Source: a virus
Strand: one strand, 5' to 3'
Length of the DNA: 64,000 bases
Virus record (IMG/VR): IMGVR_UViG_3300045988_079139
Coordinates: 4,378-68,377 of that record
The notes under the pieces: model-generated
What the model was told of the DNA's origin: nothing
The model's input: only the letters and a program-made list of their open reading frames with translations
Databases searched by the model: none
Position numbers and translations under genes: made by a program
Shown: positions 12,001-25,471 of the stretch, piece after piece
Numbering within the stretch: the first letter of the stretch is position 1
How the letters are laid out: each line of letters opens with the position of its first letter

Positions 12001-12836
12001 GTAAGGGCGGAGTTGTTCAAGCTCTTAAAGATGAATTGACTGCAGTAAGCAATTTAACTGGTGGTTATGCATCTTTGCGTGGCACCATTTAGGGATTAAT
12101 TGCAGACTATGAAGCATTAATGGATACTGTTAATAATGCTTAGAATCAGCAAACTTCAATTAATCAAACAACTGAAAATGGTGACGGAGGCAGTAATGGT
12201 GGAGACACTGGAGGTAACACAGGCGGTGATACCGGAGGTAATAATACTGGAGGTAACACTGGTGGAAATACCGGAGGTAATAATACTGGAGGTAACGTTA
12301 CTCCAACATTGGCCGAGGGTCAAGATGTTACTGTTAAAGCTACTGCTACTCACTTCTCACGAGATGGCGGTAATGGAACTCGTATGAGATCCTTCGTACC
12401 TGGCTCTACTTATTCAGTAATGTAGATTCAGGGTGAAGAAGTTCTAATTGGACGCAATGGCACTGCCACAGGATGGGTAAGAAAAACTGACCTAGTTGGT
12501 TTTAATACTGGTGGTTACACTGGAGAATGGGGTCCATATGGTAAATTAGCCATTTTGGATGAAAAGGAATTGGTGTTAAATAAGAATGATACAGCTAATT
12601 TCTTAGCTAGTATGGAATTATTAGAACATATTCTAGAGATAATTGATTTGTAGGCCGCAAGCGCTCAGCTTGGTGGTATATTAAGTAGTCCTGGATATGC
12701 AGATACACCAACTGAAACAATTGAACAAAATGTTCATATTGAAGCATCATTCCCCGCAGTTCAAGATAGAAATGAGATTGAAGAAGCATTTAATACTCTT
12801 ATTAATAGGGCTTCTCAATATGCTAATCGAAAATAA
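3027..12836 (+). CDS. Tail tape measure protein, 3,269 aa, read through about 41 in-frame TAG codons
   Basis: GTG start 7 nt after AAAGGAG. A single frame runs open from 3027 to TAA at 12834-12836 and is broken only by TAG. Every gap between ORF-track fragments (3348, 4077, 5163, 5439, 5925, 6855, 7515, 7884, 8835, 9678, 10248, 11445, 11808...) was checked codon by codon. The protein is Ala/Gln-rich coiled coil. It has classic TMP N-terminal-domain sequence (AQSIASAEIP...GLSYEYATAALATVTATTRQSADVVGTAFKTLFARIQD) and a hydrophobic segment near 8330-8410, as TMPs typically do. Confidence 0.8.
12185..12300 (+). repeat. Intragenic tandem repeat of about 15-18 nt encoding GG(D/N)TGGNTGG... (Gly/Thr/Asn-rich) within the TMP C-terminal region
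   Basis: Repeated ggaggtaa(c/t)a(c/a)tgg(t/c)gg(a/t)(g/a)a(t/c)acc units. This explains the spurious ORFs on both strands at 12136-12387. Confidence 0.7.
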
Positions 12837-12843
12837 AATTTTA

Positions 12844-12876
12844 GGGTAGGTTATATTTTATAACCTACCCTTTTTC
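12844..12876 (+). terminator. Rho-independent terminator after the TMP
   Basis: gggtaggttatattttataacctaccc hairpin followed by ttttt. Confidence 0.8.
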
Positions 12877-12897
12877 TATTTGGCCTAAATAAAAAAA

Positions 12898-12926
12898 TTG
12901 ACTTTTCTAAAATTTTATAGTATAAT
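12898..12926 (+). promoter_or_regulatory. Consensus sigma-A-type promoter (TTGACT-17 nt-TATAAT)
   Basis: TTGACT at 12898-12903, a 17-nt spacer and TATAAT at 12921-12926, followed by ggagagaaaggagat and the ATG at 12957. Confidence 0.7.
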
Positions 12927-12956
12927 AGATTAAGGAGAGAAAGGAGATACGAGATT

Positions 12957-15900
12957 ATGGCATTTGATGTTGAGCAAATTTTTGGTGCGATGGATATTAT
13001 TCTCGCACAGCGTTTGCAAGATGTTTCATTCGATAAAACTCTAATTTGTACCATTGTTGATGATAGTGATAAGAAAAATGGTCATTATATTGTTACTGAT
13101 GGTACGATCAAATTTGATGCATACGTAAGTGATGCAACATATAAAAATGATGACCAAGTTCGCGTATCTGTTTTAGGTGGTGATTTTAGTGATAAAAAGT
13201 TTATCACTGGAAAATATGTGGCAGATGAAAATACTGGCCCAATCACATATGTTTCACCGCTAGAGGGAATTATTCCTATCACCGGAAATTTATTTTCCAA
13301 TGGTTCTAATGTATTTTCCATTAAAGCCAATGGCACTCCTCGTGATAAAGTATTATGGAATATTAATTTAACAGATAATGCTGAGTTTAGAGATTTGCAA
13401 TCTAATGGTATTTACAATACTATTACTTTAAAAGCAGATTTTAAAACACTATTATCTCATTACAATTTAAAGTCTGGTAATTTTGGATTACGATTAGACT
13501 TATTTATTCAACCTTCTTTAAATAGTCCCCGTCGCATTCGCAAATGGGTGTCTTTAGATAGTAGTGAGTTCTTTGGAAATCCTTATGCCTTTTCTATTTA
13601 TTCTACTCAAGGTAAGAAAATTAATATTGCATCTACTGGAGTTATTGCTGAAATGGCCTTATGGCTATATCAAGGAATGGATGGAGATGGTAATGATTCT
13701 TATTTCTTAAATAAAAAAGGCGAACAATTAAATCCAAATAAAACAGTTAACGGGCGACTGGTGCAAATGGATGATGATATTTTAGTAAAAAATATCGAAA
13801 TTGGATTCGGTAGTGATATTACTTCGATTACTGATAATACACTAGAATTATATACTTATAGTAGTCCAACTTATTTATATGATAATCACACCCAAGATAC
13901 GAATGAAAAAGAATTGGAATTATTGTGGTATAATAAGACTGAGGATAATGAGTATATCGGTTTTAGTGATGGTATTTATGATTTAGATTATGATGAAATT
14001 GATTATTTAAAATTAGCTCATCAAGACAGTAGATTGGTTGCTTAGGTTGGCCGAGAAGGCATTCCTACCGATAAGCCGGGTTTGACTCTTGCGGCAGATA
14101 TGCAAGAAGCAAAACCGATTATGATTTCAACAAGAGAATATTTGACAAAGGATTTAAATTCTGTTATTCGTTCTTTTAGTAATTAGGTCCTTGGTGTCAA
14201 TTCATTTGTTACTCTCTTGGATGGCTTATTAAACACTACAAATGGTGCTATTATTACTGCATACAATAGCGCAATGGCGGCAACTGATAGTATGATTGCT
14301 AGCTATGAAGGCGTTCTTCGTTTTGCTTATGACAAACAAAAGGATGTACAAGATAAGACCTCTTGGGATGCTGCTTGGGAGACTAATTATTATAACAATT
14401 TTAAAACGGCTTTTAATACTGTTTTAAATAAAATTGATATAGTGTTAAAAGATATTGAAAAAGAAACTCGTGCCGACGCTTCTTTTTCTGGATATCGTGG
14501 TATCTATGATACTTATGATACTCGCATTAGACGAGAAATGAAAGTAATTACTGATAGATTAAAATAGATTGATACTTTAATGAGTGATAATCATTCTATA
14601 TTAATTGCTTATAAAAATAATGCTTATCAATTTAATGAATATACAAGAAAAGATTTTTCTGATTACGCTAATAAATATTGTATTTATTGGTATAGATATG
14701 AGCGAGGTTATAAATTAACTTATGATAGCACTGAAGGTGCAAATAATGATGAATATAATTTCGGTCAATTTGTAACAGACAACTGGAGACGTCTAACTCC
14801 CGTCGGAGATTCTATTTTAAAGAACCTCGGATTACCTCGAAATGAGGCTGACACAAAGCTTGTAGATGGTAAAAAATATTATCCTCCTAAGGCAATTGGA
14901 GAGAAACTAGTTCGCTATATGAATAATAAAACTCAAGAAGAAAAATATATGGTTGTATTATTTTATAATCATGAAATGTATAAGAGTAATATTATTACAT
15001 TTACAAATAGTGAAGATGTTCCAGATGAATATTTAGTGGATCAAAGAGATGCATTAAGAATTGAGCATGATGTGCAATCTTTTGAGCATTATCAATCTTA
15101 TGATGTTACTAATATGTTAATCAATGTTGCAGATGGTGGAAAGGTTCGTCAATTAAAATGTTTTTATGAGGGTTTATTCTCTGGAGATGAAGCTTTAATC
15201 GATGCAGGTTTATATTGGTATGTTCCTAATACTGCAACAATGCTTACCTTTGATAAAGATGACTTAATTAAAGAAGGTTTTGCAACTGATGCTGATTTGC
15301 CAGAAGGAGAAAAATCTGATAAGAGTAGACCTGGATTTACTTATTTCTATAAAAAAGTTGGAAAGAGTGATACTCCTTTAACTGGATATAATCCAGATGG
15401 TACCACCTACACTTACGACACTTGTAAAAATGAAGATAGATATTTCTTCTATAAAATTAAACCTTATTTTGAACAAGCCGCAAGTAAAAATACTATTGAA
15501 GTATGGGCTTATTTACCAAACGTAACTGAGCCAATTAAGGGCGAAATTTCATTCACATTTAGTACTTTTGGTACTAATGGAACTAGATATACTTTGGCGA
15601 TTACTCCAGCGACTTCTCAAATTGCTGTAATTGGTGCGCCGTCTTATACAGAAATTACAACTGTAACAGCTGATAATTATGAACCTAATGTATATTATAT
15701 CCCAGATGGCGATGATTATAAACTAGCCACAGGAGAGTATTCTAGTGCCCTATAGTATTATACGGTTGCCGCAAACCATTCATTACCATTAGAAGTTTCT
15801 TTAAGAGACGCATCTAATAATAAAATTCCTATGGTAGATGGAGCAATAAGTGAAAATGCCGATGAAGCTTATGCATTTAAGACCTCTTGGATGGGTCCTA

Positions 15901-18900
15901 CTACATATATTGCTCATTCTAAAGATAGTAATGGTGACGGTAGTATTGATAGTATTACTATTACTCGTGATACTCGACATGATGAAAATCAATACTATTA
16001 TGGAATTTTAAAAGCAAGTGTTCAATTTAAATATGACGATGAAGCAGAATAGGCAAAACAGGAAGCTCAAAATAATCCTGCGAATGTTGATAAATATCAA
16101 AAATATAGAGTATTAGATTTAAATGCTTTATATGCAGTTCCATATTCTTCTTCTGGTCAATATTATATTTCTGGTCCTACATCTATTGTTTATAATAATC
16201 AAGGTGTAGTTAGCCATATGAGTGAAGATCCATTCTGTTTATATCAAGTTAATGATAAAGAAAATAAACCAGTTGAAAATCAGCGTTGGGTATTGGAATA
16301 CTATAGTGAGACTGGTGAATGGATTGATGAAACTCACGACGATTGGTTAACCATGTTAAATTATATGCCAGTTTTAAACGCAGAAAATGGATTGACTGCG
16401 GCTCCCATGTATATGCAAGGTTTGCCTTATTATCCAGTTGCCATTTGCACTGTTGATGGTAATATTTTATGGGTACAACCAATTATTATTACGCAAAATC
16501 GTTATGCTTCTTCCACTCTAAATGATTGGAACGGAAGCTTGACAATTGATGAAAAAAATGGTACAATATTATCAACCATGGTGGGTGCAGGTAAGAAAGA
16601 AACTGATAATTCTTTCTCTGGCTTGCTAATGGGTGATATAGGTGCTGGTGCTAACTTTGATACAGATAATTATAATGGATTAGGTTTATATGGTTTTCAT
16701 TATGGTGCTCAAAGTTTAGCCTTAACAATTGATGGTAAAGCATTTTTTGGTAAAGCTGGTCGAGGTCGAATTTATATTGATGGCGATAGCGGTAGTATTG
16801 CTAGCGCCTCCTATGAAGAGGTTCGTAGAAAAGGTGAATAGCTAACTTCCGCAGGTATGTTTATTGACTTGGATGATGGTTTTATTCATATGCTTGGTTC
16901 AACCATTATTGATAAAACTTATTCACCTGATTATCCTGATGGAAAAACTTCTCAGGCAGAAGTATTGCTTTCAACAGGCATGAAACATGGTGAAAAAGAT
17001 GCTTATTTTAAAATCAGAAGTAAAGATTAGCCAAATCCAGACCACTATTTAATCTATGTTGATACTGACAAGTATTATTTATAGACAGATGATTATACTT
17101 CTTGGACATATACAAAGACAGATAATTCCGGAGAATTAGACTTTAGTGGTAAGGGTTTAAATTTAGACTTAAAGAATGGTAAATTAGATGCTTATAATTT
17201 CCAACTAAGTTCTAAAAATGTATATATTGATTCTACAGATTCATCAGAAGGCTTCTTTATTATTAAAGATAATGCTGGTGTTAATTTATTTTTTGCTGGA
17301 AGAAATGATTATTATTTAAAATCTAGCGATTTTAAACCTATGAGTGCAACTGATATGGGTAAAGGAATGCGTTTGCATTTGATGAGTACAACTGATGATC
17401 CAAGTGGAATTGAAGCTTATAATTTTAATTTAAGAGCTGGTACCGTTGGCGTGTCTGGTAATCAAGATCACGCAATTGTATTAAGTGACAGTGGTAATCC
17501 ATATTTTATGGTTAATACTAGTTTATATGACACAGATGGTAACGTTACAGGGAAAAAAACTTTGGTACTTATCAGCAAAACAGAATAGTCACTTCAATCT
17601 AGTGATTATGCCGCGCCAAGTGGAGATGCTAGGGGTTAGGGTATCCGTATCAGCCTGTCAGACAAAGAATTAAAAGCCTATAGCGGTTTTTAGTTAAAAG
17701 CATACGGGTCTGCTAATAATTTTGTTGAAATCAATTCTGATTCTAATAATCCTACACCAATTCATGTTGATGGCGATGGTACTATTACTTATACAGATGC
17801 AGATGGTAAGCAGCAAATCGTAAATAAAGAATTTAAAGTTTTTTGGGATGGTAGTATTAGTGCAGTTGGTGGAACTTTTAAAGGAACTATTAATGCAACT
17901 GATGGTACTTTCTCAGGCACCATTAAAGCAAATGGTACAATTACAGGTGGTAAAATAAAAGGTGCAAGTATTTATGCAGCAAACCTTTATGCAGGTGGTT
18001 CTGACGGAAATAGTGAAACTCCGGAAGACTATAATATTAGAGCTTCTGGATCTGGAGTAATGATTAAAGGTGCTACTATCGAGGGAGTCAATGATGGAAG
18101 TCAAACCTTTGGATTAACCTCTGATGGATACTTAACAGCTAGTGAGGCCACAATGACAGATTTAATTGTTAGTACAAGTTTTACCACAGAAGACACTTGT
18201 ACAGTTGATATTGATGGTTTTGTCGGCATTGGCATTGAACATGATGAAGAATATGACTTAAAAATTGCTGGTGATGCTAATTTTTAGGGCTATTTATATA
18301 TGGGTGCGAATGGTTCTGAATATATCTACGCCGGTGGTACAACCCATAAAACAGATGGTATAATTATTAATGGTAATGACGTTTGTTTGTATTCTGACCA
18401 AGTGTGGATTGGAAATGATAATAAAAATACTTATGTAAATGGATACATGCAAGTTAATGCTTCTCTTGGTATTGGAGAAGAGCCTGATACTACTGGTGAT
18501 TATAATTTAAAAGTCAATGGTAGTTCTATGATTAGTGGAGACGTTTTATACACTGGAGATATTTATTGCACCCAAAAGGATAACGACCATAAAGGTGTTT
18601 CTGGAACTTACAAGGTTGAAACGGGTTGGTGGACTAGTAAACAATTAACTTTTGATAAGGGTATTTTAGTTAAAATAGGTGGTAAAAAAGACGACGGATC
18701 TGATGACACTGATGTGGGAACCTCCGCTCCAGATATTAAGGGTAATGCGAATAAATTCTTACAAGTAAATGCCAGTGCCACTGGTATGCAATGGACTGAA
18801 CTAGGTGATTTAGCTTTTAAAGATTCTATCACCATTAGTAGTTCAACTTTTAAATTAGGTAGTGGTAGTGCATATAATGTTACTCCAACGCTATCCGGAA

Positions 18901-19142
18901 ATACTGCTACCTTTTCTGTGACAATCCCCGGATAGTCTTATAGTGGTGGTACTGTCGCTGGACACTGGGTAACAGTTTATGCTAATAAAGCTTTGCCCGC
19001 AGGTTACAGTATTGGAGGATACGAAGATAAGGGATCTGACTGGGTTAAGGTTGGATCTGTATGGGCTGATGGTGGTAGTACTAGTGGAGGTACTACTAGT
19101 GACAGAACAGGTGTATTTACTGTTTCTTTAAAAGCAGAATAA
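12957..19142 (+). CDS. Giant distal-tail/baseplate structural protein (2,061 aa, Dit/Tal-like position), read through about 17 TAG codons
   Basis: One frame is open from 12957 to TAA at 19140-19142. The ORF-track pieces 12957, 14217, 14580, 15831, 16218, 17340, 18060 and 18300 are all in this frame, and the gaps between them contain only TAG. The gene lies immediately downstream of the TMP. Confidence 0.6.
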
Positions 19143-19168
19143 TATAATAATAAAGGAGATAAAGGATT

Positions 19169-19537
19169 ATGAAAATGACCAATAATGAAATTTATACTCG
19201 TGCAACTGCATTAGCAGAGGCATTTCAGGATGGCTCTCAAAAGCTTCCTATTAAAGTAAATTTTTATTTACAGAAGAATAAGGCTGCTTTATTAGCCTTG
19301 GCGCAAGATATTGAGAAATCTCGTATCGAAATTGCAGAAACCTATGGCACTCTTGACACAGAAACTTCTCAGTATGTAATTCCAGCTGAAAAGATGGCTG
19401 ATGCAGCAAAAGAGCTAGAAGATTTATTCAATCTAGAGTAGGAAGTTCAAATTTATAAGATTAACATTGATAGCCTAAGCGATGATCTGGCTATGACCAC
19501 TGCTCAGATGGAAGCTATCATGTTTATGATTGACTAA
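19169..19537 (+). CDS. Hypothetical protein (122 aa, 1 TAG)
   Basis: RBS aaaggagataaaggatt, ATG at 19169, TAG at 19439, TAA at 19535. Confidence 0.5.
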
Positions 19538-19543
19538 TTTAAA

Positions 19544-19575
19544 TGGGTCATGGCATTTAGCTATGACCCATTTCA
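19544..19575 (+). terminator. Possible weak terminator or stem-loop
   Basis: gggtcatggcatttagctatgaccc hairpin with only a weak T-tract after it. Confidence 0.3.
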
Positions 19576-19602
19576 CTTTATTGAGGGAAAGGAGTTAAGT
19601 AA

Positions 19603-22257
19603 ATGGATATAACCTTATACCCACCTTAGGTAGACACAAAACTACCTGCTTTTTATGCCAGCTCAAATGGTAAAATTATTTTACGAGTTCCTTTTCATTT
19701 GAATCGTGCTCATGCACGAGAAGAATTTAATGGAATGGCGATTATCTTAAAAACAGTTACTACTGGAGCAGTTAAATATCAACATACTGCAAATAATGGT
19801 GATATTCATTATGATAAAAATACTAAAAGCTATTATGTAGAATATGACTTAACATCTGTTTCGCAACTTTCTCCAGAAGATAAGAATTTTTTTGCACCAG
19901 TTGTTGGGCAATATTATAAATTACAAATAGCTTTTGCAAAAGATGATTATATTGGATATTATTCAAGCATGACGGTTGTCAAGTACACCTCTCGCCCTTC
20001 TAAGTTTGAGATTAGTGGATTAAAACCAGATTAGAATAATGTTCATTCATATACATACAGTGGTGTATATAGTCAAGAGGGTCGAGATACTACAGAAAGA
20101 GTTTATTCTTATCGCTTTGATGTGAAAACAAGTGAAGGCACTTTAGTCGATTCATCTGGTGATATATTACATAATAGTAATTTAGATAAGCACACTTATG
20201 AGTCTCAAGACACTTGGACTGTTACAAAAACCCTTGAGCGCAATACCCAATATTTAATTCAATATACCGTAACAACTTTGAATGGTTGCGAGTTCCAAAC
20301 TCAAAATTATTATATTATTGCGGGAGAGACGATTGATATCCAAGCCCCAATTCAGTTAAAGGCAGAAATGAATAATGATGATGGCTGTGCGATTTTATCT
20401 TTAATTCCAAATAGAAATGAAGCTCCAAAAGCTATCAGTGGCAATTTTGTATTGCTAAGAGCATCTAGCGAAGATGATTACGGAAACTGGACGGAGATTT
20501 GTCATTTTGAATTGGCTCAACAATATATTGATGATTTAAAAATCTGGGAAGATTTTACTCTAAAGCATGGTTATAAATATATTTATGCAATTCAAGCATA
20601 TAATAGTAAAGGTTTATTTACTAATAGACTATTAAATGTTGTTGAAGGCCGCAAGTATGTTTCTGCCAATTATAGTGAATATACTTATAAGCATATCGAA
20701 CTTTTGGCTGATTTTGAGGACGCTTATTTGTTTGATGGAAAACGTCAATTGCGTATTCGTTATAATCCTAAAATTTCTTCTTTTAAATCCACTATTTTAG
20801 AGACTAAGACCGATACTATCGGCGGTAGATATCCATTTATTTTCCGCAACGGAAATGTTCAATATAAAGAATTTCCTATTTCAGGTTTAATCTCATTAAA
20901 TAGTGATCCAAATGAAAGATTTATGAAGGGTATCCAAAATAAATATAAAGATACTTCAAGAAGAGAAATTTTAAGTGATGAAACTGATTATGAGTTTGAT
21001 ACTTAGTTAACTTCACGCAATATTCAACGCGAACGAGAATTTAAAATGGAAGTTTTAAAGTGGCTAACCAATGGTGAGCCTAAATTATTCCGTTCTCCTG
21101 GCGAGGGAAATTATATTGTTCGATTAATGAACACTTCTTTAAGTCCCAACGATCAATTGGGAAGAATGTTACATACTTTTTCTTGCACCGCTTATGAAAT
21201 TGCCGAATATAATTTTGAAAACTTAAATAAATTTAATTTCATTCAATCTACAGCTATCGAAACTAAATCTTTAAAAATTGCTCAGTTGCAATTAAATGAT
21301 TTAGAAGATGGTGTTTATGAGAATGGTGTTGAAGTAAAAAATTCTACTGTATATTTACCAGACGCCTATATAGTCAGTATCACTGAAGCAATTCCTGGCA
21401 CCACAGTTGGTTGGAACTTTAGCGATGGTACTGGTGAAGTGTCTGTTGAAATTGGTGTTACTGGAGCTTATTATATTGAAATTGAAGATAGACCAGTTAC
21501 ATCTATTACTCTTGAAAAAGGAACTTTTGAAGGAGCTAAATTAACTTATGGTTATTATGAAACTCAAATTCCTGATAACTTTACTTATGTTGCAGATATT
21601 AAATTATCTGATGAAATCGCCCAATATTTTGGACGAGGCTTAGTCGAAAAGACAGACAATTTAATTGATTTAATGGAAGATATTAGAAAAGAAACTGGTA
21701 AATTCCATTATATTAGAATTCGATTAAGAGACCATACTAATCTTTGGTATGTTAATGGTATTTATAGCCGTAATGAAATTGGCACTGATCCATTGCCTCC
21801 AGCTGAATGGTTTAGTGGTACCGTTTATTATGTTAAAAATCAAAATAAATGGTATGATGGTAGTATTAGTAAACCAATTCCCAAACCTGAATATGTTTTT
21901 AGATTGAATGGTAGTACAGTAGTAGACTTTTCTCGTTACCGCACAGATGAACCTATTACTCAAGGTCGTTATGAAGCATTGACCAATATTGACAAAGTTG
22001 ATATGCTAGTAGCAGGCACTGGATTAGTTATTGATGTGGTGTACCAGTTAAGAACTATTGAATATACTGTTGAGACCACAGTTCCTTCTGTTAAGTTAGC
22101 TAAGGAGGAATGGGAGGCCGCAGTTAAAACTCATGAGACCAATCCCGATGGTTAGAGTTTAGAAACAATGAACCAAAAATATGCTGTTTATATTAGAGAA
22201 TTAACAGCAGCATTGAATGAGTAGAAAGGAGCGTATGAAGTTGTCTATGCAGTCTGA
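19603..22257 (+). CDS. Tail/baseplate structural protein (884 aa, 5 TAG)
   Basis: RBS gagggaaaggag, ATG at 19603. The 19699, 20122 and 21046 fragments are in the same frame, separated only by TAG, and the gene ends at TGA 22255-22257. Confidence 0.55.
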
Positions 22258-22279
22258 TAAAAAAGAATTTTTATTATAG

Positions 22280-25111
22280 ATGGATAAAAATCGCAATAAA
22301 ACAGTATATGCAAAAGTAACTGCGCTCACTTTTGACGAAATGCCAATTGAAACAATCGAAGGCCGCGTAACGCAAGGCTCCATCAACTTAGATGGAGCTT
22401 CTGCGATGCGTCGCTCTTGTTCATTGACTATCGTAGCACAAGACTTTAATTATACTGATTATTATTGGGGTCTTAATACTAAATTCAAATTGGAAGTTGG
22501 AGTACAAAATTATGTTGATGATTCTATGCCAGAAATTATCTGGTTTAATCAAGGCATTTACTTAATTACTTCTTTAAATACTTCTCGAAGCACAAATAAT
22601 TTTACCATGTCTTTACAAGGTAAAGATAAAATGTGCTTACTGAATGGTGAGGTTGGAGGTTCTCTTGAGGCTTCGGTTGACTTCGGCGCAATTGAAGAGG
22701 AAGATGAAAATGGAAACTGGGTAATTACAAAAATTCCGATTCCAGAGATTATCCGCCAAGCTGTCCATCAATATGCGGGAGAGCCTTATCATAATATTAT
22801 TATTAACGATTTGGAAACATATGGTTTGGAATTAATGGAATATCGCTGTGATGCTCCTATGTATTTATGGCGTTCTGAAGATGATGGAAAAACCCCTAAT
22901 TATTTTGTTTATACCAATGCTTTTATTGACACTGGGGCAACCTGGTACAAAGGCGCCTCCAAGGAGGAGGTTTTATTAGAAAACGTTCCAGACGAGGATT
23001 TAGATTAGTTGGTTGAAAAACTTGCAACTTCGGGAGATCCTAAAATCTTCTATGAAAATAGCACAGACACAAAAGGATATTATCTGGCGCGTATTAAATA
23101 TGGTCAAACTGCAGGTTATCGTGAAACTGACTTAACTTATGCGGGAGATTTAATTGCAGCCGTTGGTGAAAGCATTACTTCTGTTTTAGATAAAATTAGA
23201 AATATGCTTTCTGAATTTGAGTATTTTTATGATTTAGATGGTCGTTTTGTATTTTAGAAAAAACGCTCTTATATCAATACTTTATGGTCACCAATTACAG
23301 AAGATTCATCTGGATAGGGTACTGTCCAAGAGAGTCTTGCAACTCAGTCTTCATATGTTTACTCTTTTAATGATGGTGAATTAATTACAGCGTTTAATAA
23401 TAATCCTAATCTTATGAATTTAAGAAACGATTATTCTATTTGGGGTGAGCGCACAGGCGTTAGCGGTGCGAAGATTCCAGTGCATATGCGCTATGCTATT
23501 GATAAAAAACCAAGCTATTATAAACTATCGGACGGTAGTAAATTTTATAGCACTGAGAAAAAGACTGACCAAGAGTTATATGATGAAATTTTTGCAGAAT
23601 TATATGGTAATTTTAAGAAAAAGCCAAATCCAAATGGACTGCCAGAAGACTGGTGGGATATTATGGATTGGGCTGAGTATTATAAAATTCTAAAAGGCAC
23701 TTATCCGGTCGGCCGCATTGGTAATTATTGTCCAGAATCTTGTGAAGGAACTATCGACTTGAATAGTTACTTCCCTCCAGGTAATAGGTGGAATCCTGCC
23801 GCCAATCGACGCATTTATATTTTTGACGTTGAGAACGATGGCACTCTTGGATATTTTGGACACTATGCTGCCTGTAGTCATGAATACTCTTATTTCTTAA
23901 ATCGTGCTTTAGCGGGAACTGGAACTTCTTATATTTATAAACCAGTTATTCCAATTGCAGAAGGTGGAGATGTTGAATAGATTATTCGAGAAATTATGAA
24001 GACTCGTATTTATAATCAAGATTGGCGCGAGATTATTTATCAAATGGCTAAAGACTATTATAAAAATAATCAGAATGATGATTTTGAAATTAATATCATT
24101 CGCAACAACTATCCCCGTTATACTAGTGGAAAAACTGGATATGAACAATATTATATTGACATGGAAGGTTTTTGGCGTTAGTTATATAATCCAGAAATCG
24201 AAGAAAAAATTCAATCTTTAACAGATAAATAGAATGAGGTAGAAAGCGAAATTGAAATTTTGACTGCAACTAACTATGGTTATAATGTTAATAATTACAT
24301 TAAAAACAATAAGAAAGATGATGTTGATAAAGATATTCCCAACACTATTTTATTTGTTGAAGATATTATTAGAGCGCAATCAGATTATATTACAACACTA
24401 GAAAATGCAGGAAATGTTAATTATCAAGTAATTGCAGACGAAGAAAATTATCTTTATCAATTACAATTAAAGCTGGGTAAGCTAAATACAGCTCTAGCTA
24501 AATATAAATCTCAATCTGAAGAGCTCCAATCAAAAATTGAAAGTCATTAGAAAAATAAAACAAATTTCTATTATCCAAACCAAGATATTGATTATCCTGT
24601 TGAGCGCACCTATTGGAATCAATCCATTTGGGTATCACCAGAAAATCTTAACTTCTGGTTTGATTTTATGGATACTGAGGGCACACTTTCTCAATTTAGT
24701 GTCAAGAATATTGGTAGAAGGTCAAAAGCTATCAATGATACAGCAGTAAAATCCATTTATTTTAGAGAAACTCCTCAAGTTATTTTTGATGAAAATTTAA
24801 CTGATGGGTATTTAAGCGGCTATAGTTATGTTCAAGTGCCCAATATTGATTATATGTTTACAATTAGTGCTCAAGGCAAATCTGCTAAAGATAGACTTGA
24901 TGAATTAATTTATCAACACAGTTATTGTATTGAAAGCGCAACAATTACCACCATTCCAATTTATTATTTGGAACCAAACACAAGAATTCATTTGTCTGAT
25001 AAAGATACAAATCTTGAAGGTGATTATATTGTTAGTAAACTTACAATTCCATTAACTTATAATGGCACTATGTCAATTACAGCAACTAAAGCTGCTGAAA
25101 GTATTATATAA
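22280..25111 (+). CDS. Tail/baseplate protein (943 aa, 7 TAG)
   Basis: The 22280, 23009, 23414, 23996, 24260 and 24668 fragments are co-frame with only TAG between them, ending at TAA 25109-25111. Confidence 0.55.
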
Positions 25112-25126
25112 TAAGGGGGCGAGCGA

Positions 25127-25471
25127 ATGAAATATATAAAATAGTTTAGATATTATGGAGAAGATCATCAAGATAATTTTCCTAAATATACAAATTATTA
25201 TGGTATGTTGAAAAGCGGAAATATTTTACAAGGTCTCGGCGTTGTTTCTCAGCTTGGTATTCAGGCTCGACCTGAAACAAAATTTTATTTAAATGGTAGT
25301 GATTCTCCCATTGTAATTGGTAAAACTGGTATTTTTGAACTTGATTTGGATGGTCGAGGAATGATTACTTCTATCCGATTTGACCCAAAATCATTAGACG
25401 ATTATAATGCACCTAATAATACAGATAGATTATTAGTTGATGTGGTTTATGAGGGGGTTGACGTCGGATGA
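25127..25471 (+). CDS. Hypothetical protein (114 aa) with TAG at codon 6
   Basis: The ATG at 25127 has a GGGGG RBS, whereas the ORF-track start at 25205 has none. The TGA stop overlaps the next start in an ATGA arrangement. Confidence 0.5.

Noticed and set aside
12185-12300. Possible CRISPR-like repeat array
   Set aside because: The units are contiguous 15-18-nt imperfect repeats without spacers, and they lie inside a coding frame.
12136-12387. ORF-track entries 12136-12387 (+) and 12156-12353 (-) with low-complexity T/S/V-rich translations
   Set aside because: They are out-of-frame artefacts of the Gly-rich tandem repeat inside the TMP. The TMP frame is continuous through this region.
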